Shown: positions 1 to 11,500 of the stretch, one piece after another
Layout of the letters: the number at the start of each line of letters is the position of its first letter
Numbering within the stretch: the stretch's first letter is position 1
From: Takakia lepidozioides
Taxonomy: Eukaryota > Plantae > Bryophyta
Assembly: GCA_030704615.1 (NCBI GenBank)
Contig: CM060731.1
Coordinates: forward strand, 66,030,001-66,094,000
Direction of reading: 5' to 3'
DNA length: 64,000 bases
Notes under the pieces: model-generated
The model's database searches: none
What the model was told of the DNA's origin: nothing
The model's input: only the letters and a program-made list of their open reading frames with translations
Made by a program: the position numbers and the translations under genes

Positions 1-730
1 CCACGTGAATGCAAAGTCTCGCTTTGGATTGACACAGACATAGAAGTGAATGTCGTCAACGACAGTCACTTTGGATTTGTGAATACACTGCTAATCAAGC
101 CTAATGATTTCTCAAAAAAAGCATTATCATTTGATGGAAAACAGAAAGTCGACTAAGGAACCCTCCCCAAAAACTGGTTTCCAATTGACATTCATAACGA
201 ACATAACACTGAGGACCTCATAATAACAGTGGATGTGAATGGCGTCAATGCCATTCACAAAATTACCAACAAAGAACCATTTAATTAGCTCCCAATCCAT
301 ATAATTCAAATTGTCGCTGGTGAATGACACAGACATAGAAGTGAATGTCGTCAACGACATTCACTCCGGATCTCTGATAACACAGCTAATCAAGCCTCAA
401 GATTTCTCACAAGAGGCAAAAGCAATGCAGAACAACTGATTGTCTGCATTGACATTCAGCAAACTGAAGTGAGGAACCCTCACTGTAAAATCTATGGACA
501 TTACAAAAACTTACATAACTCTAAGGACCTCCCAACAACTCTAGATGTGAATGTCGTCAACGCCATTCAGGGACATTATCAATTCTAATCAGGGACACCA
601 TAATTACCCCCTAAGCTCCTAATCCAGGTGAATTCAAATTCTCGCTTAAGAGTGACTCAGACAAATAAGTGAATGTCGTCAACGACATTCAATTTGGATC
701 TATGATTACAATCCTTATGAAGCCAAATTA
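1..730. repeat. Higher-order tandem array (~295-330 bp unit) carrying 24-bp hairpin palindromes GTGAATGTCG-TCAA-CGACATTCAC
   Basis: Palindrome copies at 46-69, 235-258, 341-364, 547-570 and 669-692. Spacing alternates 189/106/206/122 bp, and the intervening sequences are themselves homologous (e.g. gacacagacatagaa, gctaatcaagcct, gaggacctc/aaggacctc). Confidence 0.85.
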
Positions 731-805
731 TTTCCCAAAAAATGCAGTAGAGTTTCCAGTATGATATTGCACCTCTACACAACTCGCATCATGGCCCACT
801 CTCCT

Positions 806-1290
806 CACTACAACAGATGAGCGTTTTATGACTGCACATATGACTATTTTTTCAGTCCTATATGCGTTCATGACTATATCACTCTGCAGTGAAAAAAGCC
901 CTGTCATAGCGACTAGTCTTTAGGACTGCGTTTTGCAAGTCATAGCCGTGACTGCGTGCGTGGCACCTGGAGTCATGCTGTAGAGAGGATGTAGTCACAA
1001 CTATATGATTTATATATGACTAACTATATGACTACATGTCTACAAAGTATAACTCCATTGGAGAGGCGTCAGAGAGACATATGTAGCACTCCGGATGTGA
1101 CACGTGTCCACATGGACAACATATATGACCCACACGTGGGAAAGAATATCGTATCATATAATGCCACGTTGCCATGATGTAGTCATGAGTATATAACTTC
1201 ATGACTAAAGAGGTTTTTTAATAATATTTTAATTTAATAAATTAAATCATACAATTATAATATTTAGATTATTAATTGAATTAAATTCTC
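806..1290 (+). mobile_element. CACTA-family element end (truncated), related to the CACTA at 33827-34646
   Basis: Starts CACTACAACAG, matching the right terminus of the 33827-34646 element. It has the same dense ATGACT/AGTCAT subterminal motifs and CACGTG boxes. No matching second TIR was found; the right boundary is approximate. Confidence 0.6.
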
Positions 1291-1939
1291 ATTAGGTTTC
1301 TAGGAAAATAGAATGGAAGCCATTGTTGTCTTTTTTTATTATTTTTATTTTTGTTAACAAAGAGGGACAGTGGGGGATAGTGGCCTCTAGAACTTTATAG
1401 GTAATGGACATAAAATGTCCTTGGATACAAAGAGGAAAAATAACCTCTGGATAGAGTGCCATAGAGGCTGAAAGATGAAGACACAGCTTCGCGTACCAAG
1501 ACAAGAAAGAGTAGTAATCAGGAAGGCAAGCAAAGAAGGGGGTCTGCATAGAGCTAAAGAGTCTAGCATGAAAAGAGACTGCAGCCAGAAACTACTGCCA
1601 TAACTTGGAAACAGAAAGGCACCGAGCTAAGGAGAAGAACTGAAAATCAGCTAACAATGTCATAAGAAAGTTGGGCCCTAGGCCTAGCCTTCCACTTCCT
1701 AAAAGATCTACAGATGGAGAGACATCCCTGCAGGGGTCGTGCTCTTCAGCTCAAGACCAACCAATTGATCATCTATCCATGCAGGTTTCTTGTAGCTATC
1801 CTTCCATAGGGAATCATATGTAATCTGGAGATTGAAATCCGGCCCTCTTGGATGAATCTGGACCCATGCACTCTATCCCTGCTCCTTCAGCTATCCATGC
1901 CTCTGCACAAATCATGTATATATGTATCATGTATCAAAG

Positions 1940-1942
<3 letters not shown>

Positions 1943-1990
<48 letters not shown>
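1943..1990. repeat. (GA)24 microsatellite
   Basis: Directly visible. Confidence 0.98.
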
Positions 1991-1994
<4 letters not shown>

Positions 1995-3503
1995 TTACCA
2001 TGTCACATTCCCAATCTCTGGGGGGAGATTAAGAATACAGTTCGTAATCAAAAAAGCCCTTTAAAAATACTGGCTTGGTAATTCTTGGGTTCAAATTTGA
2101 GAAAACCATTCCAGCAGGCCTAAGAGTGAGAGCTTTGATGAAAATAATTCCCTATTACAACTTTAAAGGACTTGTATGTTCCTAAAAGCACAAGCTGAAC
2201 TGATTGTACTTCCATAAGTAGATGCAGGGCTATGGTATGTATCCCAGGGCCTTATCCAGTCACTCTGCCAAGTTTTAGAGAGATCCTCAAAAATACCAGT
2301 CTGTAATCAGGTTATAATCTCCATGGGGGAGCCTGAAAGAATGTACGTGTTCTTAAAAAGGCTTACCCAATGCCTTACTTAATACATTCTAAACTGGTGA
2401 GGCATAAACAACACTGTCCGACTCTCCAAAAGGCTAGAAAACAGGTCTGGAAAAATGCATCCAATGTCACACTTGCATCACCAAACCCTTGTCATCACAA
2501 CCAGCCCGAACCTTCACAATAAGGTCTGATTTCTAGGAGGCCCAGCCCATTTACTTCCCTGACTTAATAGATTTGGTTACCAAGAACCAGAAATCAAAGT
2601 AAAGGTTTAAGGCATATCCCCCTTGAAGCAGCTTTGAAGCAAAAAATTGCAACAACGGCAGCTTGCAGCATATCTTATCCCTCCTGCAGTAACCAGATCA
2701 TCTGCAAGCCAAAGAGTTCATGCCAAGTGAAATCCCTCACCTGCGCCCGTCCCAAAAACAAACACAAAAAATGTTTTGTGCGTTAGTGAGGATGCGCGAG
2801 GTGAATTACAGGATTTCACAGTTGCTATCCATGTCAGGTATGAACCATAAAGCATGCAAAGATCACAGAACCAGCAGAAGAAAGCATAGATGTGACACCA
2901 CAAAGAACCTCAATCTTTTGTGGAGTAGGACGCTGCAGTGTTCATCATCTGAATTTGAACGAGCACAACAGAATGCAACGGGAGGAGAGTTGAGGACAGG
3001 TTGTATCTTGTAATACAGGCCGCTTCCCCACCTCCATAACCGCCACTGCTTCATCAATGAGGAAAAAACGTAGGCAAACATAACAGTATGTCATTTGCCA
3101 TCGCGAGAGATGAAAGTGTCTGCAGTCATCGCGCGTTCAAAAAACAAGAACACACCCGTTCGGATCTTGTTGCTTGGGCATTCAGCCGCCATCGAGCATT
3201 TGTCCGCCATCGGCCTCTTCCAGAGAAAAAAAACACGCACGATATCGTGCTGTGTCTAGGGCAGAGAGACACTTAAAGGAAAACCACCCGCGATTTCATC
3301 CACCATCCGATATGGATGGTATCAGACCAGGATGAAAAATGGGCATTCAATAGGTTTAAATCAAAGGAGCATACACCTAAAATGCATTGAAATGCATATC
3401 TGCCTATAAATCATCCAGTTATGGTTATAACAGAAATTTCATTCAGTATGGATGAAACCTTAAAAATTGGGATTAAAAATATATAGTATTTCCAAAATAA
3501 GTA

Positions 3504-3794
3504 TTATGGAAAAAAATTGATAATCCCAAACAAGTAGTTGGAGAGAGGGAGAGAGAGAGAGTCACCGGGGAAGGTGGTCATCATGGTACTCCAAGACACC
3601 ACATCTTGTTCAGCCATGTTGTTGAACACTCCATTTGCATCCTTGCTACACCTACATTTGGCATACATATTGTCCACCAGGGGAGTGTTTAGAATGACAT
3701 CTGGTACATTTGCAGCTTTGACGATGCAACCATAGACCTTCTGCCCTTTTCCAGGGCTGCCAGGCTTGCACACGCATTGCAAACACATACACAC
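3504..3794 (-). pseudogene. PLS-class pentatricopeptide repeat (PPR) gene fragment
   Basis: Translation VPDVILNTPLVDNMYAKC..SKDANGVFNNMAEQDVVSWSTMM matches the PLS-PPR consensus (LVDMYAKCG...A..VF..M...DVVSW..MI). Short, with stops around it. Confidence 0.75.
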
Positions 3795-4439
3795 GTTATG
3801 TGGTCGGGCTTCAGTATCCCTTCTCTCATAATTTGCTCATAGGTCTCCAAAGCCTCCATCCCTCAAATCATGAATACTTGCTGCTAGCAGTTGACACTGA
3901 CGGCATGAAGTTCTTCCAGCAAACCCCAACCCTAATTATTACAGTATAATTCTAAATTGCATCTACTTCTCTCTAGTGTAGTCCAACATGCATTCACCTT
4001 TTTGTCTCCATTGTCTCGCCATTGACTGGGGTCGGAAAAGTGTTCATTCCAAAGCTTCTCCTCATCTCTATTACCTGTTTTTGGATACTTTCATGCTGCC
4101 AAACAGAGCAAAACAGGCTGAAATAGGTCAAAGAAGAAGGTATCCTCACCACATTGTCCTTTACCTTGTATCATGACCCATAGAGGATTTGACCGACCAT
4201 CAGCCCAAAAGGACCCCTTGTGTGTGCTGCTTGTATCTGTAGTCAAGTAATGTTGGATTGGTATGTGAGATCGAACCACCACGGTGCAGCTGAGCAGGCA
4301 GAGATTGAAACTCGGCCTGCTAAGACCAAGCTGACTCTCCCAAGAACGGCGAGCGTCTCCTCGTCTCGTCTCTCTCCCAAAAACAGCGAGCTCACAAGAA
4401 TGTTGGGATCTTCTCCTCGTCTCCTCTCCTCGTCCTCTT

Positions 4440-4545
4440 CTCCTTCCTGCATCATTTGCTCAAGAGTAGGAAGGTCTGCAAAGCCTCCATCCCACGCCCC
4501 TGCATATCCTGCGATCATCGCGTTCCATGACACAACATCAAATAG
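4440..4545 (-). pseudogene. PPR motif fragment
   Basis: LFDVVSWNAMIAGYA ... LEQMMQEG is a single PLS-PPR motif fused to unrelated sequence. Confidence 0.6.
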
Positions 4546-4611
4546 ATGGTGAAATGCAGGAGACAAAAAAGCCTAAGTCCCAGCCCGGTGAAAAGTTCAG
4601 CGGTGTAATCT

Positions 4612-4668
4612 TAAACCGTTAGATCTTAAACAATCTAGACCGTTAGATCCTGTAAAATCTAACGATTC
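4612..4668 (-). promoter_or_regulatory. Cluster of MSA-like (TCTAACGG) motifs
   Basis: CCGTTAGATC occurs twice (GATCTAACGG on the minus strand), plus AATCTAACGA on the plus strand, within about 55 bp. Confidence 0.3.
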
Positions 4669-5565
4669 AAAATAATTTCCGCCAACATACCACACATACG
4701 AGCCTTGAAGTTAGCAATGACTCAGTAGTAACATATGGCTGTGCTAGTGCAAAACATTCTCAACAGTCTAACGCTGAGCCCTTTGACAGTGTCCTGGTGA
4801 ACCAATGGTGAGGGAATTTGTTCCAGGTTTTGCCCCCTTATCTACTATGCATTGTTCGGCTGGAAACTTTCATCTACTCAAGACAGTGAAAATCTTTCAG
4901 TCTTACCACATTCAGACCTCATGCACAGACCATACTAAAATGCAGCCCAGGTGTTTCGCAATCACTATTCAGAGTTAACTCCACTTGAGCACTGGGATTT
5001 GTTCCAGAAATCGACCCTGGCAGGTGCTACAGGAAGCTCAAGCAACTTTGGGCACATGGGAATGTACATCAATTCTGTTTTATGTAATTCAAGTGTAGTT
5101 GTTCTTATACTCCCTATTCTAGTTGTACAACATATACTACTCACCAGGTAGCCCTTGCTGCTGGTAGTGTTGGTTATGACTATAAGAACACTTGGGTTGC
5201 TGGCCTTATGTGCACGTGCAGCCTCAAGAGCATTCCACTTCTTAACTGCTGCTGGAGTCTTTGCAGATACTTTTTTTCTTGATGCCAGCGGCAGAACTCC
5301 CGGCACCTGTATGTAAGCACCAGCCATGGTCTATGAGAACCATCTCATTAGTGAACCCATTAACCAAGGATTGCAAAATGGAGGTGGACTTAACAGGCAA
5401 TACAACTTGGGTACTTGGTACTGGTAGTAAAGCCTTTGCTGTTAAAGTTTATTTAGGGACAGTATATTCAGAACTGCTTTAAGAAGAGCAGCATTGCTAA
5501 CTTGGTTGCCAAGAAACATGCAATGCCTAGGATTGGTGGTTTAATGGCACACAGTTTCTTTTGCA

Positions 5566-7410
5566 TTAACTGCCCAGGCTGACCTTTGAATTGTCCTCAG
5601 GTTGCTTCAAGTTGTTGTCCAATCTTTCTCCTAGACTTCTTTCAAGACTGGACCCCTGTTCTGAAGATGCTCCCTCATCTGAACCTTGCACTCGCGGTTC
5701 AAACCTTGCACTCGTGGTCTTTTTCAATCCTCTGCCACTCCGAAAATCAGCTCCAATGTCAATGAGGTCCTCTTCCTCGGCACTTTGTCTCTTGCATTCT
5801 GGACTTAAGCCCCTTTCGGGACTTGCGGATTGATTTGGTGTCAACGAATCCTGCTCAATATGCCCATCCGGACCTTGTGGTTTGGTATGTGGCTGCACCG
5901 GTGCTAATACATTGTGCAGTCCTCCATCTAGCATTTCCACGCTGCCATGGTCACTTGTATCATCACCCCTAGACAAAGAGAGCTTCTCTGCTCCAGCTTG
6001 TTGTGAACCCAAATCCTTCCTTGCAATTTTTGAGAAGGGTGATGGCAACAAGCATTGCTCTAACATTGAAAAGCCTCTTTTCCTGTCATCATCTCTCTTT
6101 TCTCCAACGCAGAAGTTTCCATGGCCAGCTTTAGTCATGCCCTCATCTTCAAATACAGCTGGCTTCATCATATGTTCATTGGCCTTTTGCTTGGAGGCCC
6201 CTCCCTCCCTCCTGAGCTTGAGCTTTTGCCCTAGCCTGGCAGCATAGTCTCTCCTCCTCAGGATTTTAAGGCATGAAGCAATGTTCTTCAGATATCTCCC
6301 AGAATGGTGGTTGATGTGTGGGGAAGGTATGACAGCCTTGTTGCTAGGCCCAGCATCTATGCGTGGAGCAATTTTCTTCAAAGTAGCACTCTTTCCAGAC
6401 CAATCATTGGTGTGAGAGGGAGGTATGACAGCCTCCTTGCTAAGCTCAGCATCTACATGGACCCTCCCCCTGTGGTTGTTAGTCACTGGAGGGATAGCTT
6501 TCTCGCAGCCAGACTTGCTGTATACTTTGACAGCAAACTGCGAGTTTGCAATGAGGGTGAATGTCAGAATGTGATCTCCTTTTTCGATGCTATGGTAGTC
6601 CAAAAATTCCCCAAAACCTGTCCTGAAGCCCAATCCTCTGTTGTATGCCAGACCAAGCTCGCAGACATAGCCAGTTGGTCCTTTCAGGGTAACCGTCTCT
6701 TCAATCTTGTAGCCGTAGTCCCTCATGAACATGGGAGGGATTCGTGTGACAGAAGCAGAAAGTACTTAGAACATATATAATTTGCCAGAACTGTTTGGTG
6801 CATGACAACCTTTCCTGTTAGGACTAGTCGAAGGAGCTAGGTCTGTGAAAACCACAATTCACCTTGCTTTTAAGTGTATTTTTCCAATCCTGCTAAAATA
6901 TTGTTTACTTGAAAAGATTAACCATTCCTTGTTAGAGACAAATCCTGAGAAAGAGTGAAGATTTAAACAAAGAAAGAACTTTCTTACTTCCACAAAGCTT
7001 ATAACGTCCAGAGGATTCCCGAGTGAACCAAAGAAAGTAGAGGTATTTTGAAGCTACGTTGGGAAGCCCAAACGGCCCAGGGAACAACAAGAGAGAGAGA
7101 ATTTTTTTAAAAATCAGTCCATGGAATGCTCAAAGAGCTTATGGGACAAAGGAAAGGAAAACAAGGGACAGATGAGAGAGAGGAGGGTGAGATACAATGT
7201 AACATTCTCCCAGGAGATGTCTGAAGATTCTTGACAGATATGGAGAGGGTCTTTGACCAAGTCAAGATCACAGCCAATTCAAAGGTAGAAAGAGGGTGGG
7301 GTGAAGTGTTACCAGAAATAAGGAGCCGCTGCGTAGATTTTTGTCAGAAACCACCTTGACGAAAGAAGGAGCTCCTTGTTGGAGAGTAACTCAGTCATGA
7401 TCTCCATGAG
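5566..7410 (-). CDS. B3 DNA-binding domain protein (REM-like), possibly pseudogenised
   Basis: ORF 5566-6732 begins (IPP)MFMRDY...VTLKGPTG...GFRTGFGEFLDYHSIEKGDHILTFTLIANSQFAVKVYSKSGCEK, a typical B3 domain. A likely first exon near 7313-7410 encodes PSFVKVV and ends at a GT donor. The acceptor near 6745 is non-canonical and downstream frames are interrupted. Confidence 0.7.
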
Positions 7411-8481
7411 TTTCATAGCACATTTTCAAAGTGCACAATGCGCAAGCCATTTGAAACTCAACCATATGAGGCTTTGCTTCTAGAGGCAGAGCTGTCACAA
7501 CGAACGATCACCAACACGGCTAGATTGCAGTTTGGAGTTGGGCAGAAATCGCTAGCTCAAATTTCAAGGTCTATCCACGTGCTAAAAGGTGTCACAAAAA
7601 CATAGCTGCCAGACTCATATGATAGAAAAAAAAACATTTGCTGCAGACGATGTCACCGAAACCACAGACGTAGATGATGACAGACATAAATGCAGTGCGT
7701 CAAGACAAAAGGACAGTGCACGCATTGATCACTACTTGAAGTCCAGAGTCACCACTTCCTCTGCAGACTAAACAATGCACGGGAAGCAGATCAAACGTAG
7801 AACCACTCAAATGGAGGCCTCAAGTAGATCGAACCTTACACACACGACAATCCCTACTGAGTTTTGCCTCGTTGTGGTGCGCAATCCAAGGGGATGGCCA
7901 CAATGTCATTCCATCTGTAACAAAGCCTAGTCTTAATAAGTACAATCTAGTGTTAGAATTTTCTGAATCCATCAGGCCACTTTAAATCAGATGGCCTCGT
8001 GTTGGAATCAGGGAGTCAGTCCAGTGTGGCTGATCATCTGAAAAACGTCTAGGAAAAAAAGAAAACTAATGAAGTGACTTGATCGGCTGCGATCCTGTAG
8101 TCGTCCGGATCATCTAGTAGGAGAAAAATCAAAGCTGCACTTGCAATTTGTACGAAAGTTCTTGTGGATCTCAGAATTGTTCCCCACAACTTTGCAATAA
8201 GTTCTCCAAGACTTAACTACTGCTGTCAAAGAGATGGAATGATGGCATTACATCAAGGCTGTAATCACTCTGCACTGAAGTAATGGTTTTGCTAAACTAT
8301 TTGAAACGATGGAGAATCAGGGAGGGATGAACAGTTGCTATATTACTCAGAGAAACCTCAGGCATTCGAAACTGGCATGGCAAGTCACTATTTGGAAACC
8401 CAAAATGAAGCCGGGCCTGGATGGCCACCCTGTTGTCTCCCAGATCTATCTCGAGACTCCATTCAAGGGCGGCAGCTACGT

Positions 8482-8577
8482 AAGCCTGCAGCATTGTCCT
8501 CCAAGACGAAAGCTACATAAAGCCTGCAGCATGGTCCTCCAGGACGAATGCTACCTAAAGCCTGCAGCATGGTCCTG
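8482..8577. repeat. ~38-bp tandem repeat x2.5 (aagcctgcagcat-gtcctcca-gacgaa-gctac)
   Basis: Three successive AAGCCTGCAGCAT(T/G)GTCCT starts. Confidence 0.85.
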
Positions 8578-11500
8578 CTTCCTCCTCCCAATGTCAAATC
8601 ATGGCAGTAATGAGACTTGCTAAATACACTGCTAAGATGGTGGCTAGTTCGACCTGGGGATTGGTATGGCCTCGGGCAGCACAAGACGAAGGTAGTTGTG
8701 GCTGGTTAGCTTAATTCAGCTGATTACATCTATTTAGCTTGCCAGTTTCATTAACCAGTGCTAAGTTGATTCCTGGGCATGTGCCATGCTGAGTAGATCA
8801 ACATTATAATGCCTCGAAGGAAGATGGCATGGCCGCCTACATGGAGTTGCATCTGACGCAACACTAGGTCGGACATTCACCAGTGTGAATGTTTAGCCAA
8901 AACATTCACACTGTCCATGTGTGGCACTAGAGACTTCTGTACGCATCTTTGCAAGCCACTTGGTGTGTAGCAGGAGTGAAAGAGACATGCAATAATGTTA
9001 ATGGTACCAGTTGCTACTGGCAGCCATTGTCACTTATCTTGCGTACCACTGCTTTGAGTAATTCAAATGAGATGAACTAAAACACCCAAGTACGGTTGTG
9101 GAGTGGCCAAATTATGGCCAAGGCAAAAACTGCACTCCACCCATTAACAGCAGGCACTGTAGAGTAGTAGTTGGAGATGGGACATCTGCCCCTGAAAAGA
9201 CTCTTGATACCTCACACACATAAGCTGTGAAGACGTCAAGACCCATGTTTGGGCAGACCAACTCACATACATAAACACATCCTCTCCATATGACACCCAA
9301 CAAAAAAGGGGCTTTCAAACCAACATCGCCAACCGGACAACAAGTGTAATCTAAAACCATGTGGGGAGTCTTTGGATTGTTAGGCTTCCACACTGATTTT
9401 TGTGTTGATGCTTTTCCCAAAAGTATGGTAGAAGTGATGAAGCCTCTTGACTACTAACGAAGTCTCCCAAAGAGGATGATATCTAACGTTTGTAGGCGTG
9501 TATATTCAATCACAAGTTTCCACCCTCTCGAGCCTCCCGCCATCACCATCGCTTGTCACGTCTAGGGAGCAAGCAGGGGGCTGTAGAGGCAGGGAAGGTC
9601 CTGCCAACGGACGTGTATGACGTGTTGGAGCACGTAGCCATGGAGGAGGAGGAGGAGGAGGGAGATGTGAGTGGCAATCAAAGGACAACAAATGTTTTGG
9701 TGGGTTGTTTGGGTGCTGGTTTGGGAGTGTGCAATCAAACCCATGACTTTGAAGCCTCTGCCAAGAAACCTAATTGCAATGGAGCTTGAAATTAAAGCAC
9801 ATGCTGATTTCGGAGAATCTTGGAAAGCCTGTATGAAGTGAAATCAACAAACGTCTGAATTCCGATAGATTCCGATGCTGGTTTTACGAGAATCTTGGAA
9901 AGCCTCTTTTGAAACTTGTGTTCAACAAACGTTGAATTCTGATAGTTCTGATGCACGTGAAGGACTGACTGACGCGTCAAATAAAGATCATCCGACGCGT
10001 ATGACCGATGCTGAATTGGGGAGGATGGGTGCAGTGTGCCTGAGTCAAACCATACATTACCGAGTTTGTCTGAAGCTTGAAATCAAGTTTGCAGATGAAC
10101 CCGGAACCCAGTGATTCTGAATCCTGGAGGATGTATCCGGGAGCAACACTACACATTACCAAGCTTCTCCGAAGTTTGAAATCAAGTGTGCAGATTAGCC
10201 GGGAGCCAAACTATACATTACCAAGCCTATCTCAGGCTTCAAATGAAACAAACACTGGATTCGTAACGTGTGCATGTTATCACTGAGCCAAAATGTACAT
10301 TACCTACCCTGTGTGAGGCTTGAAAGTAAAAAAGCAAACCTTCTTATACTATCAGATTTAAATCTCCAGTTATTCCTACAAGAAACCGCGAGAGCCCTCC
10401 GGCCTTACTTGGTTCCGGAGAGTGTCTCATCCACACCTCACATTCATGAATGACCCATCCGGCTATCCATTGAATTTGAATTGATTTTGATGCATACAAA
10501 CGATTCTAAAGAGTCCGTGGGCAGATTGACCTAGAGCCAAATGACATGTTACAGGGCAACAAGAAGACTGATGACCTGGCTTCGACTCTGGCAAGGCTTA
10601 GGCAGCAAGTGCAAGATGACCGCCAAGCACATGTCAAGGTGAGATGCATTATTGTGCACACAGACCACATCAGGAGTATCTTGTGCGTATTGGGGGACAG
10701 GCCCCAATTCTTGCAGTAGACAACATACAATTTGCTTGCCTTTGCGTAGTACAGCTTTTGGCAAAACCTGAGAGTCTCTAAAGTGAGAGTGTTCTTCTTG
10801 CAGACTGAGGTACTTTGGGCCCTCACAATGGGAAGTTTTTGCCCTAGTCTGGGATTCCATAGAGAGCCAACAATTGCGTAGGCACTTTGGGTATACAGGT
10901 TAGAGGTTTTGCCCAAGTGTAGGAGTCTCTAAGGAGACAAGAGTATCTGCCTCAGATCTAGTAGTAGGAAGGACAGAAGAAGCAATGGTTTGAAATAGAA
11001 CTTATGGTACTTTGTATCTACTTCATTAATGGCCTCTACTTCTTAAACAGGTTAAGAAGAAATATAACTCTTATCCACTAGTAGAATTAGGACACATACT
11101 AACCTCGGTAGATGATCTCTCCATCTCAATCTGCAAGGTGTAGGAACTGACTCTAAAAGTGGCGAATGCCCGTGTGAGAGATGCATAGAGATAGGAAGGC
11201 ATGCTTACCTGGTTGTAATGACGAGTAAATCCCTATGTAGGATTGTAGTATGATTGAGACTTTGATGATTCTTTAGGTCCCCATGTGCATTGCACATACA
11301 TCCTCTTGAAATGGTTTGGCTTTGTTTGTGAGGGAGAGAAATGAAATGAAATGAAATGAGAGAGAGAGATAGCTAGCTTTTTCATATCAGAATGGTGTCT
11401 TGTAGATGAAAATGGAGGCCACAGGGTGAGGGTGAAGCACCACACTTGGAAATATCCTCATGGATCCTCATGGGTGAGTTGATTCATGGTGTTGTTTGTG

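Noticed and set aside
46-692. CRISPR array (palindromic repeats with spacers)
   Set aside because: Spacers are 80-180 bp and homologous to each other, there are no cas genes, and the context is eukaryotic.
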